A stretch of DNA of 64,000 bases, taken from contig CAXXKA010000001.1 in NCBI GenBank assembly GCA_963668625.2, forward strand, positions 480,001 through 544,000, read 5' to 3'. The DNA is from an uncultured candidate division Zixibacteria bacterium (lineage in GTDB: Bacteria; Zixibacteria; MSB-5A5; UBA10806; 4484-95). Position numbers and translations under genes: made by a program. Positions 18,987 through 28,523 of this stretch are shown here, piece by piece. Within the stretch, counting starts at the first letter, position 1, and every line of letters starts with the position of its first letter. The notes beneath the pieces are model-generated. The model was not told the DNA's origin. It made no database searches and saw nothing but the letters and a program-made list of their open reading frames with translations.

Positions 18987-20669
18987 CTAATGTAAAGCGG
19001 TAACTCCACCGCCAATGATGTTTATATCTTTAAAACCGGCCTGCCTGAGTATTTGTGCCGCCTGATACGAGCGAGGGCCGCGTTTGCAGATTACCATGGT
19101 TTTCTTCGAGCTATCAAGCTCACTTATGCGTTCTCGTAAATCGTTTAGCGGGATGTTGACCGGTTCGTGCTTATCGGCGAATGGCCAGGGATCGCTCTGG
19201 AATTCATCTGCCTCGCGTACATCCAACCAGGTATAGTCACCGTTCTCCAAAGCCAGTTTAGAAAGATCGGGAGCGGTAAAGCCGAACCCGCTTTCCTGCG
19301 CCAACGCGGCGCTTGCCAGATGGTACAACGGGTCGAGCGCCTCGGAATAGGGCGGCGCATAACCTTGCTCGAAATCGAGTAAGTCCTCGAGCATCCCATC
19401 GTGCTGGAGGAAACTGGAGAGCACATCCACGCGACGGAAAATATCGCCCTTGCCCGCGGCCTGCAATCCCAGAAGCTTACCGTTTTCATCATAAACGATT
19501 TTAGCCACGAACGTCTGGTACTCGGGATAATAATCGGGCCTATCCGGGAACGATCCCCAGACGGCATTTGATTTTATGCCCGCCTGTTCCGCCGCCTTCT
19601 GAGATAAACCGACAGCGCCAACATTGAGATCGAATACCTTTACCAGAAACGAACCGACTATTCCCCGGAAAATTTTATCTTTACCAGCCAGGTTTTCGGC
19701 AATTACTCGTCCGTGACGGTTTGCCAGCGAGCCCATCGGGATAAACACCGGTTTACCGGTAATGCGGTTCATGCATTCGATACAATCGCCGCCGGCGTAG
19801 ATATTCGGATCGCTTGTTTGCAGATGTTCATTGACCTTGATACCGCCTGTCGAGCCGATCTCGAGACAGCAATCACCGGCCAGCTTAACCTCGGGTTTTA
19901 CGCCAAGGCAGACGAACACGTAATCGGCCTCTATAGCATCGCAACCCTTGATATTAACCACCGGGTTGCCGTCATTATTAAGTTCTATGCTTTCCACCAT
20001 GCGGCCGGTCATCACCTTAATATCCTGACGGGTCATCTCGCGCTCCGCCAATTCGGACATCTCCGGATCGAGAACGTAGGGGAGAAGCTGATTCTCTTTC
20101 TCAATCAGCGTGACCTCGATACCCCATAGGCCGCCGGCGGCTTCGGCAACCTCGCAGCCTATGAATCCGCCACCGACGATTACGGCCGTCCCGACCTGTC
20201 CGGTCTGTGCCAGCTTGCGGAAATTGATAGCATCATCCGGACGGGTGAAAGATTTGATACGATCACATTCGGCAACCGGGAACGGCGGCCTGACCGGATT
20301 TGCGCCGGTAGCGATCACCAGTTTATCGTAACCATGATCGTAAGTCTCGCCGGATTTCAAATCTTTCACGGTGACGAATTTCTCGTCCCGGTTTATGGCG
20401 AGTACCTCCGAGTCGGTCACGACATCGAAACCTTTCGTGCGTTTGAAGAAGGAGGCATCACGCTTGACACCATATGATGTTTGGTTTAATTCCTCGAAAC
20501 TGTTGATATCGCCCGAGGCGAAATATGGCAGCCCGCAGGTACCGTATGAGACATTGCTCTCTTTTTGGAATAACGTTATCGATGCCTGTGATAACCGTCT
20601 GGCTAAAACCGCGGCGGTTTTGGGGCCGCAGGCAACCCCGCCTATTATTACAAATTCAGATTTTTTCAT
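18987..20669 (-). CDS. CoA-disulfide reductase-rhodanese fusion (Npsr/CoADR-RHD-like)
   Basis: IIGGVACG, SYGTCGLPY redox Cys, VGGGFIG, YAPPYS; C-terminal rhodanese LDVRE...ICKRGPRS. Confidence 0.85.
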   Translation of the reverse strand: MKKSEFVIIGGVACGPKTAAVLARRLSQASITLFQKESNVSYGTCGLPYFASGDINSFEELNQTSYGVKRDASFFKRTKGFDVVTDSEVLAINRDEKFVTVKDLKSGETYDHGYDKLVIATGANPVRPPFPVAECDRIKSFTRPDDAINFRKLAQTGQVGTAVIVGGGFIGCEVAEAAGGLWGIEVTLIEKENQLLPYVLDPEMSELAEREMTRQDIKVMTGRMVESIELNNDGNPVVNIKGCDAIEADYVFVCLGVKPEVKLAGDCCLEIGSTGGIKVNEHLQTSDPNIYAGGDCIECMNRITGKPVFIPMGSLANRHGRVIAENLAGKDKIFRGIVGSFLVKVFDLNVGAVGLSQKAAEQAGIKSNAVWGSFPDRPDYYPEYQTFVAKIVYDENGKLLGLQAAGKGDIFRRVDVLSSFLQHDGMLEDLLDFEQGYAPPYSEALDPLYHLASAALAQESGFGFTAPDLSKLALENGDYTWLDVREADEFQSDPWPFADKHEPVNIPLNDLRERISELDSSKKTMVICKRGPRSYQAAQILRQAGFKDINIIGGGVTALH

Positions 20670-20684
20670 AATTTATTAATATAA

Positions 20685-20715
20685 TTAACGGGGTTGCTAT
20701 ACACAACCCCGTTAA
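20685..20715. other. Hairpin between dsrP and the CoADR-rhodanese gene
   Basis: TTAACGGGGTTG-ctataca-CAACCCCGTTAA, perfect 12-bp stem. Confidence 0.6.
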
Positions 20716-20747
20716 GAGAAAAAAACTATGACCTAAGTCTATGTCTA

Positions 20748-21905
20748 TCAGGCTTGTAACTCTTCCCTTACCGACAGGGCTATCTTATACAGAACAGTTA
20801 CTATCAAAAGCCCCATTCCGTACACCCCCAGCGTGATCATAATCTCAGGTAAAGTCGGGAAATATTCGATTACTTTGCCCAGCGGCGAGGGAACGAAACC
20901 GGCTACAATCATGCCCATACCTTTATCAATCCAGATAGAGATAAAGACCGTGGCGCAGGCGAGACCCAGGAAATTGAGGTTGTTTCTCAATTTCGGGATC
21001 AGTAGCAGGAATATCGAGACAGCCGCCATTACGAACGAGGTCCACATCCAGGGAACCAACGCTGATTTGCCATCAATGCCCATCAACAGGTATTGGAAAT
21101 GAACCTTGTGTTCCGGGATATTGCTATAGAAAGCGGTAAACAGCTCCATCAGGATGAAGAACACGTTTATCAGCATGGCGTATGTCATAATCAAACCCAT
21201 TTTCTTGATAACCTTCTCACCGGGATCGAATTTAGTGATCTTCCGTAGTAACAGCGAGGCCAGTATCAGGATCGCAGGACCCGAGGCGAAAGCCGATGCC
21301 AAAAATCGCGGCGCGAGGATGGCGGTTAACCAGAACGAACGTCCCGGAAGACCGGCATACAGGAACGCCGTAACCGTATGGATGCTGATAGCCCAGGGAA
21401 TCGAGAGAATGATTATCGGCTTAATCCAGCGCGGGGGATTGATACCTTTCTTTTCGGCATCGAGAGTAACCCGGCTGATTATCACGTTCAGGAGAAGGTA
21501 ACCGAACACGACCACCGTATCCCAAAACATCATGGAATTGGGTGTTGGATGTAGAAACACATTGGTTATCCTGAACGGTTGCCCCATATCAACGAAGATG
21601 AATGTCATACACATGATGACAGCCGGGATCGCCAGAAACTCTCCCAGTATGGTCATCTTGCCGAACTCTTTGGCGTTGTGCAGGTAATATGGCAGCACCA
21701 TCATAACCGCCGAGGCCGCCACGCCGACTAAGAACGTGAACTGGGCGATATAGAATCCCCAGGTAATATCACGTCTCAGCCCGGTAACACCCAGACCGAC
21801 ATTGTACTGATAGATATAGAATGCGGTGCCGACACCGATTATTCCCAGCAAGAAAATTACCCAGGTCCAGTAGCTCTTGCTGCCTTTAAGCGCTTTTTCT
21901 AACAT
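20748..21905 (-). CDS. dsrP: DsrP (NrfD/PsrC family membrane subunit)
   Basis: WGFYIAQFTFLVGVAASAVM, PWAISIHTVTAF, APRFLASAF; position in dsrMKJOP. Confidence 0.95.
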   Translation of the reverse strand: MLEKALKGSKSYWTWVIFLLGIIGVGTAFYIYQYNVGLGVTGLRRDITWGFYIAQFTFLVGVAASAVMMVLPYYLHNAKEFGKMTILGEFLAIPAVIMCMTFIFVDMGQPFRITNVFLHPTPNSMMFWDTVVVFGYLLLNVIISRVTLDAEKKGINPPRWIKPIIILSIPWAISIHTVTAFLYAGLPGRSFWLTAILAPRFLASAFASGPAILILASLLLRKITKFDPGEKVIKKMGLIMTYAMLINVFFILMELFTAFYSNIPEHKVHFQYLLMGIDGKSALVPWMWTSFVMAAVSIFLLLIPKLRNNLNFLGLACATVFISIWIDKGMGMIVAGFVPSPLGKVIEYFPTLPEIMITLGVYGMGLLIVTVLYKIALSVREELQA

Positions 21906-21914
21906 GTTCGCACC

Positions 21915-22697
21915 TCACACTATATAATAAACTTCGGGATTAGTACCGAGTATGGGTTTACGTCTAATCGAGAAGTTTTCCGCCAGTAATTTTCTGACCT
22001 CTGAGTTGGGATCCTCGAGATCCCCAAACACCAGGGCATTCACCGGGCAGGTTTCCACGCAAGCCGGCATTTTGCCGCGAGCCAGCCTTTCGGCGCAGAA
22101 ATTACACTTCTCAACAACACCACGCTCACGAGTGGGGAAGTCCGGGTCGATCTTCTCGATATGCGGTCTCGGATCGCGCCAGTTGAAACTACGCGAACCG
22201 TAAGGACAGGCGGCTACGCAGTAACGACAGCCGATACACCTGTGCATATCCATGGTCACGATACCGTCATCGCGCTTGAATGTCGCCTTGGTAGGGCAGA
22301 CCCGCACGCAAGGCGGATTATCGCAGTGATTGCACAGTACGACAACCGGACTGTGTTTTATATCTTCCTCGATAAACTCGTGTTCCTGTTCGTGGAAAGC
22401 GCCCTCGAAGGACTCTTTCCATATCCACTTGATCTCATCTTTCGGGTTGCCGAAATCGGGGACGTTGTGCACCGAATGACAGGCATCTATACACTTAGTG
22501 CAGCCCTCGTTTTTCAGGCATTTGCGCATATCGACTACCATCGCCCAGCGTTCGGCTTTAAGCGACTCGCCGACATGCTCGGTTTTGACTACCGAAATCG
22601 TATCATCCTGCCCGAAAGCCAGTGATTTTTTGCCTACCACACCCGCCAGAGCAGTCAGGCCGGCAAGCTTCATGAATCCTCTTCTGCCTATACCCAT
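21915..22697 (-). CDS. dsrO: DsrO periplasmic Fe-S subunit
   Basis: Tat motif RRGFMK; CNHCDNPPCVRVCP, CIGCRYCVAACP, KCNFC. Confidence 0.95.
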   Translation of the reverse strand: MGIGRRGFMKLAGLTALAGVVGKKSLAFGQDDTISVVKTEHVGESLKAERWAMVVDMRKCLKNEGCTKCIDACHSVHNVPDFGNPKDEIKWIWKESFEGAFHEQEHEFIEEDIKHSPVVVLCNHCDNPPCVRVCPTKATFKRDDGIVTMDMHRCIGCRYCVAACPYGSRSFNWRDPRPHIEKIDPDFPTRERGVVEKCNFCAERLARGKMPACVETCPVNALVFGDLEDPNSEVRKLLAENFSIRRKPILGTNPEVYYIV

Positions 22698-22698
22698 A

Positions 22699-23079
22699 TT
22701 ATTGCTCCTCCGGCGCTATATGACAATTCCAGCAGTATGGTGAAACATCCATATAATTATGACATTGATCACAGAAATCCGCTTTGTTCGGATGGCAGTT
22801 CATACAAGTGTTAGATAAACTCATCTCCCACTTTTTGCCGCCGGGGCCGTCGAAATAACGGATGCCGTCGCGGACGACTTTATCGCGCCATTCGTTCAGC
22901 AGATTCATGTGGTTATGTTTCATCCATTCCGCGTCTTTAACACATTCCTTGGAATCGGTGACTATTTTGATATCCGGCTGAGTATGTGGTTTACCATCAA
23001 CCACGTTATACCAGACAGGAAAGGTTATCAGGGCCAAAAAGATGATAAGGCCAATGATTATTTTACCGCCATCATACAT
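22699..23079 (-). CDS. dsrJ: DsrJ triheme cytochrome c
   Basis: Three CxxCH motifs (CMNCH, CDQCH, CWNCH); HMNLLNEWRD. Confidence 0.95.
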   Translation of the reverse strand: MYDGGKIIIGLIIFLALITFPVWYNVVDGKPHTQPDIKIVTDSKECVKDAEWMKHNHMNLLNEWRDKVVRDGIRYFDGPGGKKWEMSLSNTCMNCHPNKADFCDQCHNYMDVSPYCWNCHIAPEEQ

Positions 23080-24721
23080 CCTCTTTACCCTCCTCTCCGG
23101 CAGGTTTCTCGGGCGCTAAACCCGGTAAAGGTTCGCCGCGAAGATCAGTCTCTCGTTTCTCACCGGTCATGATAAGAGCGTTTCCAACCATCTCGTGAAT
23201 TCCACCGACCTCCGTGCCGGGTACCCAGTAGTCCATCAATGTCGGCAAGGTCGCTTTGTCGATTGCGCACATGCACAAAAGAATATTCACACCCCTGGTA
23301 TCCGCTACGTATTTAACGGCGTTGGCACGGGGTAGTCCTCCGCGAAGCCTCATCTCGAGGTTCTCGTCAGTGCCCAATCCGGCGCCGGAGCCGCAGCAAA
23401 ATGTCTGTTCTTTGATCGTGCCTTCCGGCATCTCGTGGAAATTATTACAGCAGGCGTTCAAAATATAACGCGGTTCCTCTAAAATACCCATAGCCCGGGC
23501 GGGGTTGCAGGAATCGTGGAATGTCGGAGTCCAGTGGTCGTTACGGCTGGGATCGAGTTTGATCTTGCCGTGCTTGATCAGGTCGGAGGTGAACTCCGTT
23601 ATATGCACCATTTTGGTAGAATTAGCATTGGTGAAACGCGTGCCGGTCATCGGCGAGACCGGTTCCTGAAGGAAATCGGCCGGGCCGTTCATAGTATCCA
23701 TATACTGGTTCAGTACACGCCACATATGACCGCATTCGCCGCCTAAAATCCATTTCACGCCCAGGCGTTTGGCCTCCATATAGATTTTGGCATTCAAGCG
23801 TTTCATGGTCTCGGCAGTGTGGAACAACCCGAAATTTCCGCCCTCGGAGGCGAACGAACTCCAGGTGTAGTCCAGCCCGATTTCATGGAACAAGGCGAGA
23901 TAGCCAAGCAGCGTGTAATAATGAGGCGAGGCGAAATAGTCCGCCGATGGCGCTACGAACAGCACCTCGGCGCCTTTCTTATTAATCGGCGCATCTACCT
24001 TGATACCGGTCAACTCCTCCAGCTCATCGACTGCGAACTCGATCGAGTCGGCGAAGCCGTGCGGCTGAATGCCGAGGTGATTGCCGGTTCTGAAACAGTT
24101 GGCCGCCGGGGTCATAATCCATTCGATATTGAGACCGATAGCGGACAAAAGCTCCCGAGCCATCATGGTTATCTCGGCCGTATCGATTCCATACGGACAG
24201 TAAACCGAGCAGCGACGGCATTCGGTACACTGGTAGAAATAGAAGAACCATTCTTTGATAATATCCACGGAAAGCTTACGCGCACCCGCCACTTTCCCCA
24301 GAAGTTTGCCGACAGTGGTAAAATCATTGCGATATACCGAGCGAAGTAACTCGGCGCGGAGTACCGGCATGTTCTTCGGATCACCGGAACCGATGAAATA
24401 GTGACATTTATCGGCACAGGCGCCGCAACGAACGCAGATATCCATGAAAATCTTGAAAGAACGATATTTGCCGAGCAGCTCTTTAAATTTGTCGTGGATT
24501 ATTTCTTGCCAGTTTTCCGGCAGAGGCCACTCGTCATCGGTAGGTTGCCATTGCCCGGGATTGGGATAACCCATATAGTCGAGCTTCTCGGGAACGGAAG
24601 CGTAGTTGTAAAATCCTTTTCTGAATTTTACGGTGGGATCCATCCAATCCTTGTGCGGCGGCCGATAATCGATCTGTATCATCTCTTCTGGTTTTTTTGT
24701 CTTTTCAGCCATATTACTCAT
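23072..24721 (-). CDS. dsrK: DsrK (HdrD-like catalytic subunit)
   Basis: CVRCGACADKC, CTECRRCSVYCP, GECGH, HDSCN, TFCCG. Confidence 0.96.
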   Translation of the reverse strand: MSNMAEKTKKPEEMIQIDYRPPHKDWMDPTVKFRKGFYNYASVPEKLDYMGYPNPGQWQPTDDEWPLPENWQEIIHDKFKELLGKYRSFKIFMDICVRCGACADKCHYFIGSGDPKNMPVLRAELLRSVYRNDFTTVGKLLGKVAGARKLSVDIIKEWFFYFYQCTECRRCSVYCPYGIDTAEITMMARELLSAIGLNIEWIMTPAANCFRTGNHLGIQPHGFADSIEFAVDELEELTGIKVDAPINKKGAEVLFVAPSADYFASPHYYTLLGYLALFHEIGLDYTWSSFASEGGNFGLFHTAETMKRLNAKIYMEAKRLGVKWILGGECGHMWRVLNQYMDTMNGPADFLQEPVSPMTGTRFTNANSTKMVHITEFTSDLIKHGKIKLDPSRNDHWTPTFHDSCNPARAMGILEEPRYILNACCNNFHEMPEGTIKEQTFCCGSGAGLGTDENLEMRLRGGLPRANAVKYVADTRGVNILLCMCAIDKATLPTLMDYWVPGTEVGGIHEMVGNALIMTGEKRETDLRGEPLPGLAPEKPAGEEGKEDV

Positions 24722-25709
24722 CCTTTTCCAGAGGTAGACCAGCCGCTTTCATAACATCCCGGAATTCGTCCTCGTACTCTTCGTAGGTGTGTACCTTGAC
24801 ATCTGGGTTCCAGGGGTTAACATGACGAACCATGCGGTTGTTGTTCGCAAGGTTACGAGTGGGGCTTAAGAATACGCCGCCGAGATGCATCAGCTTGGAG
24901 AACGGGAAATAAGCAAGCAGTAAACAGACCGAGAATAAATGCATGTAGAATAAAACTCCCAGCCCCTGGGTTAATACGGGATGGAAGGTGATCAGTCCGA
25001 TTGCCAGTTCCTTGACGGCCACGATATCGGTTTTGGAGAAATACCGAAGACAGATACCGGTGCCGGCTATTCCAAGAAGCATGAACAGGGGGAAATAATC
25101 ATTTGCCAGCGAAAAATACCTGAGTTTCGAATCAAATATTCTGCGCAGGAAAAGGTAAGTTAAAGCGCCAACTATGATGACATCCGTTAGAAGCAATATC
25201 GGCAGGCCGATCTGGAAGAAGCCGTCAAGTTGTTCGATCATTGTTACAAAACCGGGGACAGGCTCGGTGAAAAATCTCAGATGCCTTATCAGGATAATGA
25301 GGAAAGTGTAATGGAACGCCAGCGAGCCCAGCCACAGCAACTTGTTAGCGCCGTAAACCAATCTCGGGCCGTCTTTCAACTCGACTTTTGAATTCCTGAA
25401 TAGTGATCTGAAAAAGAGTATCTCCAAAGCCATCCGGATAAATGCGCCAAATCCGCTCGAGGGATTATCGAACTTATTCTGTGGAATCCAGTCGTGCGAT
25501 TTCTGCTGGCCGCAGGTAGTAGTTATCCGGAACGGAACGGGTGATTTCGCCCAGCCCATTATCTTAACGATAAAGCCGATAATGAATATGGCTATGGCCG
25601 CGTAGGGGATAATCACGCCGAAGAGATAGTCCAGGCCTGCAACCCCGACTCCCACAAGGGCAATCAAGAGTACGATTCCATATGCCACGAGGGAATACAG
25701 GGCTCTCAT
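24714..25709 (-). CDS. dsrM: DsrM (NarI-like cytochrome b)
   Basis: SPVPFRITTTCGQQKS, FHYTFL...RHLRFF, YFPFSKLMH, SPTRNL. Confidence 0.96.
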   Translation of the reverse strand: MRALYSLVAYGIVLLIALVGVGVAGLDYLFGVIIPYAAIAIFIIGFIVKIMGWAKSPVPFRITTTCGQQKSHDWIPQNKFDNPSSGFGAFIRMALEILFFRSLFRNSKVELKDGPRLVYGANKLLWLGSLAFHYTFLIILIRHLRFFTEPVPGFVTMIEQLDGFFQIGLPILLLTDVIIVGALTYLFLRRIFDSKLRYFSLANDYFPLFMLLGIAGTGICLRYFSKTDIVAVKELAIGLITFHPVLTQGLGVLFYMHLFSVCLLLAYFPFSKLMHLGGVFLSPTRNLANNNRMVRHVNPWNPDVKVHTYEEYEDEFRDVMKAAGLPLEKDE

Positions 25710-25765
25710 TTACAAACTCCTCTTTTGTTTACAAACCAAAAGCTATATATCATGAGTAACCTCGG

Positions 25766-26275
25766 TTAGTTTTCAGGTTCCCGTTGGTTCTCATATTGTC
25801 TTAAGAAATGTATTGATTTTCTCTTTAACTCGTTAAAGCGTATTTCGTAAAGGCTCTCCCGACAACCGCTGTAAATATCGAACGCCAATAGGGCTAACTG
25901 GTCGATAGATGCCTCGAATATCAGCAACTCACCCAGAAGATTACGATCAGAAACCTCCGCGCTTAATTCTTCCCTGATCGCCTTTTTCAGCAGAAACACG
26001 AATGAAACCGCCTGCGATGAGGTGAACTCCTGCACGTTACGAATCCTGATGATCTTCTCGAGCGATTCGGCCAGCGTTTCTTTGTCCATGTCGTCCAGAA
26101 GCTGACGGTAGATCACTTTTATTTCTTGGGAGATAGTGTGTCCGACAGGATTATTGAATTGGTCTTTTTTCTTTTCGAAAAATTTTGCCCCATCACTAGG
26201 ATAAGTTTCGGCTATCTGATGGAACCATTTTTGAAGTATGGAATCTTTTCTATCATTTAAAAGTTCGTTTAACAT
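25766..26275 (-). CDS. dsrT: DsrT (RsbRD N-terminal-like)
   Basis: W...I..TYP...DQFNNPVG...IIRIR.VQEF..SQAV.F; directly upstream of dsrM. Confidence 0.9.
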   Translation of the reverse strand: MLNELLNDRKDSILQKWFHQIAETYPSDGAKFFEKKKDQFNNPVGHTISQEIKVIYRQLLDDMDKETLAESLEKIIRIRNVQEFTSSQAVSFVFLLKKAIREELSAEVSDRNLLGELLIFEASIDQLALLAFDIYSGCRESLYEIRFNELKRKSIHFLRQYENQREPEN

Positions 26276-26301
26276 TTCACCTCAAAATTCCCCAGATAAT
26301 G

Positions 26302-26337
26302 AAAAGGGGCTTTTCGGGAAAATCCCAAAAAACCCCT
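26302..26337 (-). terminator. Hairpin/terminator after dsrC
   Basis: Minus strand AGGGGTTTTTTGGGA...CCCGAAAAGCCCCTTTT. Confidence 0.5.
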
Positions 26338-26354
26338 CTGGAAACTTACGATTA

Positions 26355-26672
26355 TTATACGCAGCCGGTGGGCTTGGCTAAGCCGGCAACTTTACAGGCG
26401 CCTTTGGCGGGGCCGGACGGGAACAGTTCGTAAACCTTTTTCAACGGGAAACCGGTCTCTTTGCAGAGCTTCCTGATCATCGGGGCAATACCATATTTCG
26501 TATAATAGTCCCTGAGATAGTGCACCAGTTTCCAATGCTCTTCGGTTAACTCGTCAACACCCTCAGTGGTAGCTAAAGCTTTTGCAACTTCTTCATTCCA
26601 CTGTTCCGGTTCCTGCATGAAACCATCTTCATCGACATCGATCTTAACGTCGCCATGTTCAAATAATGCCAT
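26355..26672 (-). CDS. dsrC: DsrC sulfur carrier
   Basis: C-terminus FPSGPAKGACKVAGLAKPTGCV with both conserved Cys (CX10C). Confidence 0.97.
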   Translation of the reverse strand: MALFEHGDVKIDVDEDGFMQEPEQWNEEVAKALATTEGVDELTEEHWKLVHYLRDYYTKYGIAPMIRKLCKETGFPLKKVYELFPSGPAKGACKVAGLAKPTGCV

Positions 26673-26721
26673 GTAACATCCTCCGTTTTGAGAATTTATA
26701 ATCCTTCGATTTGCTTTCTAT

Positions 26722-28407
26722 TTAATGCATCTCAATATAACCGCACGGGCAATTTTCGGCGCATTTTTTACATCCATTACAGAATTCCAATTTAAACTTA
26801 TATTCACCGCCACGTTCAAACGGTTTTAATACCGCGTTATCCTGGCAGAAACTCCAGCAAGTGCCGCAATCGAAACACAGACCGCAGCTCATACATCGTT
26901 TTGCCTCACCAACGGCCTCATCGGTAGACCAGGTACTGGTTATCTCGGCGGTTAAGTTTTTGAGCCGTTCGGCGACTTCCATATCGTGTTTGCCGGTGCG
27001 TTCTTTGCCCTCGTAATAGCCATGAGCCATTTTGTCCATCTTGATGATATCCATCGGAGCAGGGGAGGACATAGCTTCACCGGTGATATTTTCGTGAATA
27101 GCCTCGGCGGCCATACGGCCATGATAGATAGCATCGATAGCTATACCGAGATTGATATTGTCACCGCCCGAGTAGAGATTTTCCTCTTTGGTTTTGAATT
27201 TCTCGTCGACTTTAATCCAGTCCTTGCCCTCGATCAAGTTCTCGAAACCGGTGAAATCCGGGGCCTGGCTGATAGCAGCGATCAAGGTGGAGAACTCGAG
27301 ATCGAAAGTATCGCCTTCGATCGGTACGGGACGACGTCTGCCGGATGAATCGGGCTCGCCGAGTTCCATGCGTTGGCATTTCATGCCTGTAGCTTTGCCG
27401 TTTTCGGCGTAAATCTCGATCGGGGCGGCCAGCAGATGTATCTCGACATCCTCTTCTCTGGCGCCGGTGATCTCCTCGTCGATAGCCGGCATCTCGGCCT
27501 CGGTACGACGGTAGAGAATCGTGGCTTTAGCTCCGAGCCTTCTGGCGACGCGCGCGGCATCGATAGCGGTATCACCACCGCCGACCACGACTACCTTATC
27601 GCCAACCTCGACTGTTTCGCCGGCGTTAACCTTATGCAAGAAATCGGTACCGGTCCAGACATTGTCGGCATCCTCGCCCTCGATACGAAGCTTGTAACCT
27701 TTATGCGCGCCCAGGCTGACGAATATCGCTTTGTATTCTTTCTGAAGATCAGCGTAGGGGATATCCTTGCCGACTATGGTGTCGAGCTTCAGCTCCACAC
27801 CCATATCGGTGATACGCCCGATTTCTTTATCGAGGATATCGCCGGGGAGGCGGTAATCCGGGATACCATAGCGAAGCATGCCGCCTGATTTCGGGAACGC
27901 CTCGAATACCGTAACCTGGTAACCGCGCCGGGCAAGGTGATAAGCGGCCGACATACCGGCCGGGCCTGAACCGATGATAGCGATCTTCTCGGAGCGTTTC
28001 TCCTCGTTAATCATGATCGGTTTCAAACCATGCTCGAGGCCGTAATCGCCCAGGTATCTTTCGAACGAGTTGATCCCAACCGCGCCCTCTTTTTCTTTAC
28101 GATTACAGTCACCTTCACAGGGGTGAGGGCAGACACGTCCGCAAGTGGAGGGGAATGGTTGAGTTTCGAGGAAGATATAGAAAGCTTGTTTGATCATCTC
28201 GTCGATATCTCTGCCAAACTCTTCAGCTCTTGAAACTGCAGTCAGGGCTTCCCTGATGTTATTGCCGTTGGGGCAAGCATTAATACATGGCGGGAGCTTT
28301 TCAACGAATTTCGGTCGCAGTGGAGAAGTCTCTACGCCGGATCCGCCGCCGGCACTGCGCAGGCTTTTTAAGCCTTTCTTTTTCTTTTTGACTACTTTTT
28401 TTGCCAT
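26722..28407 (-). CDS. dsrL: DsrL iron-sulfur flavoprotein (DsrL-2-like)
   Basis: RP.FVEKLPPC..ACP, CGRVCPHPCE, IGSGPAG, GGGDTAID, YRR motif, C-terminal RCMSCGLCFDC and CNGCKKCAENCPCGYI; located inside the dsr operon. Confidence 0.88.
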   Translation of the reverse strand: MAKKVVKKKKKGLKSLRSAGGGSGVETSPLRPKFVEKLPPCINACPNGNNIREALTAVSRAEEFGRDIDEMIKQAFYIFLETQPFPSTCGRVCPHPCEGDCNRKEKEGAVGINSFERYLGDYGLEHGLKPIMINEEKRSEKIAIIGSGPAGMSAAYHLARRGYQVTVFEAFPKSGGMLRYGIPDYRLPGDILDKEIGRITDMGVELKLDTIVGKDIPYADLQKEYKAIFVSLGAHKGYKLRIEGEDADNVWTGTDFLHKVNAGETVEVGDKVVVVGGGDTAIDAARVARRLGAKATILYRRTEAEMPAIDEEITGAREEDVEIHLLAAPIEIYAENGKATGMKCQRMELGEPDSSGRRRPVPIEGDTFDLEFSTLIAAISQAPDFTGFENLIEGKDWIKVDEKFKTKEENLYSGGDNINLGIAIDAIYHGRMAAEAIHENITGEAMSSPAPMDIIKMDKMAHGYYEGKERTGKHDMEVAERLKNLTAEITSTWSTDEAVGEAKRCMSCGLCFDCGTCWSFCQDNAVLKPFERGGEYKFKLEFCNGCKKCAENCPCGYIEMH

Positions 28408-28523
28408 GCTGAATCTCTCTTGTGTTGATTATTATCACGAGCCGGAATATCTTATTATATCAAATTCGATCATCCGGCTACTTTTATTTTTTCTTATTTT
28501 TATCTAAATTCCTTCTTGACTCC

